A model generated the notes under the pieces. The model ran no database searches and was not told the DNA's origin. It was given only the letters and a program-made list of their open reading frames with translations. A stretch of DNA of 64,000 nucleotides, from assembly GCA_029953675.1 (NCBI GenBank), contig JAMWBK010000003.1, positions 2,728,001 through 2,792,000 of the forward strand, written 5' to 3'. This document shows, in pieces, positions 61,102-64,000 of the stretch; within the stretch, counting starts at the first letter, position 1; the number at the start of each line of letters is the position of its first letter. A program made the position numbers and the translations under genes. The DNA is from Rhodosorus marinus CCMP1338. Lineage: Eukaryota; Plantae; Rhodophyta.

Positions 61102-63750
61102 TCACCTCCCTTGTGACTGTCCGCCTCCAGGAGTAGGTGAGTTCCAGGCGCTTGGGTTCACCCTCCCTGAACGAGCGTTTCCCGTCCGCAGGCCACCGCC
61201 ACTACCCCAGGAATCTCCCCCCTTGTTGTCGTACCTATTCTTTGCGCCCTGTGAAGAATTATCCTGGTAGCGCGTGCCATCCTTCTTGAAAGCACGCGGA
61301 TCGGCACTAGTTCGTCCTCTGAACCCGTCGCCGTACGCCTCTCGCCCACTGTCCATCCGTCGCCCGTCTGGTCTTGGCGTTATAAGCTCCCTCAAATCCC
61401 TCGTCCCTCGAGAAGGTCCCCCACGGGCGATCTGCATTACCTCTCCACTAGGATCCCCGGCGAGTTTGATCTGTGGAAGCTTGTGACCCTGCGGCACCTG
61501 TTGTGGAGGTGGAGGACCTCCGTCCTCAGTTTTTAGTTTTTCATTCAACACATCGATACCTTCATATTCGTCTCCAGAGACATCGTCCTGTTGAAGAAAG
61601 ATTGAGCATGTTGAGTAAATCAGTTCAGTGAATTACTTATGCAGCCAAAGTATTACCTCGTCGGTGTCGTAGTCGGCCCAATCGGAACCGGAACCTTCAT
61701 CAATGGCAATAGATGAGACTTTCGTCGGTGTATTCTTGGACTCAGAAACTGTGAGTTTGACTTCCTCCGGCTTCGTTGGAGCTTTCACTTCCGGCGGTGG
61801 TGGCGGGGGTACAGTCTGTACAGAAACCGACGTTGTTTCTGGTAATGGTATGGGTTCCGTCTGAGTGTCTTTCTCAGCCGAAGGCGTAACCTCCTTCAGC
61901 TTTTCAATCTCGGCATTGAACTTTTCGATCTCATCCTTGTAGGTGACCACCTGCGCCTTCTCCATATCCAAGCCCTTCTTCAGTTCTGCAAGCTGCGACT
62001 TGAGCTGGCGAACCTCAACCTGGCTCAAACTCAAGGACTCTTTCAAAGGCTCGATCTCATGGTCTTGGTTGACAACCTGAGGCGCGGGTGTACTTTTCAC
62101 TTGATCGCGGTGGTGCGACTCCTTTTCTCTCCGGGTTCCTTTTGGAAAGCGCTTGGTAGCATGGTTTCCCGGTCGTCCTTCTCCGTACGCAGGTCCTTGA
62201 GCAGGTCCATGTCCTTTGTAGTGGTCAGACGGCTTCTCTTTTCCATGACGTTTGGTTGCAGCTGACTCCTTGGTTTCCGTTCCAGCTTGCGCCCTTTCAG
62301 CTGACTTCTCATCCCTTTTCTGCCATCTTTCCTCCTTCCTCGACGAGCCGTCCTCCCTTCGAACATGACTATCTCTTCTCCCAGGAGCATCCTCCCTCCT
62401 CGACGATTTATTTTCCTTTCTAACCGCAGTTTCCTCTCGCTTCTGACTGGAAACTTCCTTTTTAAGAGGAGGCTCCTCCCTCCTGGCCAGATGCTCTTCC
62501 TTTCTCACAGCACCAGCGTAACTCTCATCCTTTTTCACAAATACCCCTTCCTTTTTGCCTTGAGTATCGCCCCGTTTAGGATGAAACTGGGCGTCCTCCT
62601 TCCTTGCTGCTGGAGTATGCTGTGAAGACGGTTGCTGCGAAGTCGATGAGCTCGATGTTTGTTGCGCTGGCTGTGGTGGCTGTGCATGTGGTCTCTGGGC
62701 ATGCTGTGGTTGTGCCTGTGGTCTTTGTACTTGTAGCTGCTGCGCCTTCGGTTGTTGCGCCTGCGGTTGCTGCACCTGCGTTGGTTTGGCCTGAGTTGGT
62801 TTTCCCTGCGTTGGTTTTGCTTGCGTTGGTTTTGCTTGCGTTGGTTTTGCTTGCGTTGGTTTTGCTTGTGTTGATTTTGCCTGCGTTGTCTTTTCTGTCG
62901 ATGGCTGCTGCTGCGGTGGCTGCTGTTGCGGCGGTGGCTGCTGTTGCGATGGCTGCCGTGTCGGTGGCTGCTGTGGCGGTGGCTGCTGTGGCGGTGGCTG
63001 CTGTGGCGGTGGCTGCTGTTGCGGCGGTGGCTGCTGTGGTGGTGGCTGCTGTTGCGGTGGCTGCTGTGGCGGTGGCTGCTGTTGCGGTGGCTGCTGTTGC
63101 GGTGGCTGCTGTTGCGGTGGCTGCTGTTGCGGTGGCTGCTGTTGCGGTGGCTGCTGTTGCGGTGGCGGCTGTTGCGGTGGCGGCTGTTGCGGTGGCGGCT
63201 GTTGCGGTGGCTGCTGTTGCGGTGGCGGCTGTTGCGGTGGCTGCTGTTGCGGTGGCGGCTGTTGCGGTGGCGGCTGTTGCGGTGGCTGCTGTTGCGGTGG
63301 CGGCTGTTGCTGTGCCGGCCGATGCGGTGGCTGCTGTTGCTGCGCCGGCTGTTGCTGCGCCGGCTGTTGCTGCGCCGGCTGTTGCTGTACCTGCGGTGGA
63401 AGTACTTGCGCTTGCTGCACCTGATGTGCCATCTGCGCTTGGTGTGCCAGCTGCGCCAGCCTTGCTTGCCTTAGCTGCTCATGTTGCTGCATTTGCTGCA
63501 GTTGTTGCAGATGTTGCGGATGTTGCAGATGCGCAGCAAATTGAGGAGGATACGGCATGTGCTGCGGCTGTAGCGGATACTGCATTTCTGGCACTGGCAT
63601 TTGGGCCTGCGGTGGTGCCCGGAGCGCAGGAACCCCCGGATCCTCGGGGGCTACGGGCTTCTTCGGTATTGGCCTCCATTCCTCGGCACCGGCCCTTCCA
63701 GCAAACTTCGAATGCCCCTTTTGAGATTTTCTTGCATCCGACTCCGTCAT
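61102..63750 (-). CDS. Gln/Pro-rich low-complexity protein with a short coiled coil and an RG-rich C-terminus; at least 2 exons, 3' end uncertain
   Basis: 705-aa ORF joined in frame (donor after TDE, acceptor before 61587) to the 61102-61551 ORF; no family recognised. Confidence 0.65.
62770..63390. repeat. Coding tandem repeats (15/18-nt units encoding QQPPQ/QQPPPQ; 15-nt units encoding TQAKP)
   Basis: Visible arrays of gctgctgttgcggtg and gcgttggttttgctt. Confidence 0.95.
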
Positions 63751-64000
63751 TCCAAGTCTTTCGGAGCGAAACGAGAACAGACGAAAACCCGAAAAAAGCC
63801 TTGCCTACCCCGCACCCTCAAACTTGAGTAGAAAGAAACCCCTCCGAGGCAATCAACCCAAGTGGAACAACTCCTCCCCGTTTCCGTTTTTCCAAATCAG
63901 AAACAATACTCCTCCTTTCTTCAACGTCCAAGCAAGGACTGTAACTCCGTTCGAAACTCCTCAAACTCCCTTTTAGCCTTTAAAACGCTAATCTCTTGCA

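Noticed and set aside
62604-63827. 407-aa Ala/Val-rich plus-strand ORF and a 182-aa RWLL-repeat ORF
   Set aside because: Antisense shadows of the Q/P tandem repeat on the minus strand.

Overview
Gene-dense eukaryotic nuclear DNA with short GT-AG introns. It is most likely from a unicellular red alga, judged from an Lhcr-type antenna gene and plastid transit peptides starting MLGFV/MIGFV with no signal peptide. About 23 protein genes were found: Ig-fold/hemerythrin protein, DDX55/SPB4, HAUS4, ATP-PRT, RPL41, mitochondrial RPS14, two separate CAP half-genes, CHCH/Mic19-like, LHC, PTC7, PrxII, BSD, MOR1/XMAP215, KICS2, HVA22, D27-like, LPCAT, LSM3, RPS6, TBCD and a Q/P-rich protein. Decayed retroelements fill much of the first ~7 kb and several intergenic gaps. 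Main highlights: (1) a plastid type-II peroxiredoxin without a resolving Cys that ends in a CP12/GapB-type C-X8-C tail; (2) a cyclase-associated protein apparently split into an N-domain gene and a C-domain gene 26 kb apart; (3) a putative DNA-binding Ig-fold protein fused to a hemerythrin-like domain; (4) a ~290-nt highly base-paired non-coding segment; (5) a KICSTOR subunit homologue. All family calls come from motif recognition by eye; no database search was run. Exon boundaries are inferred.
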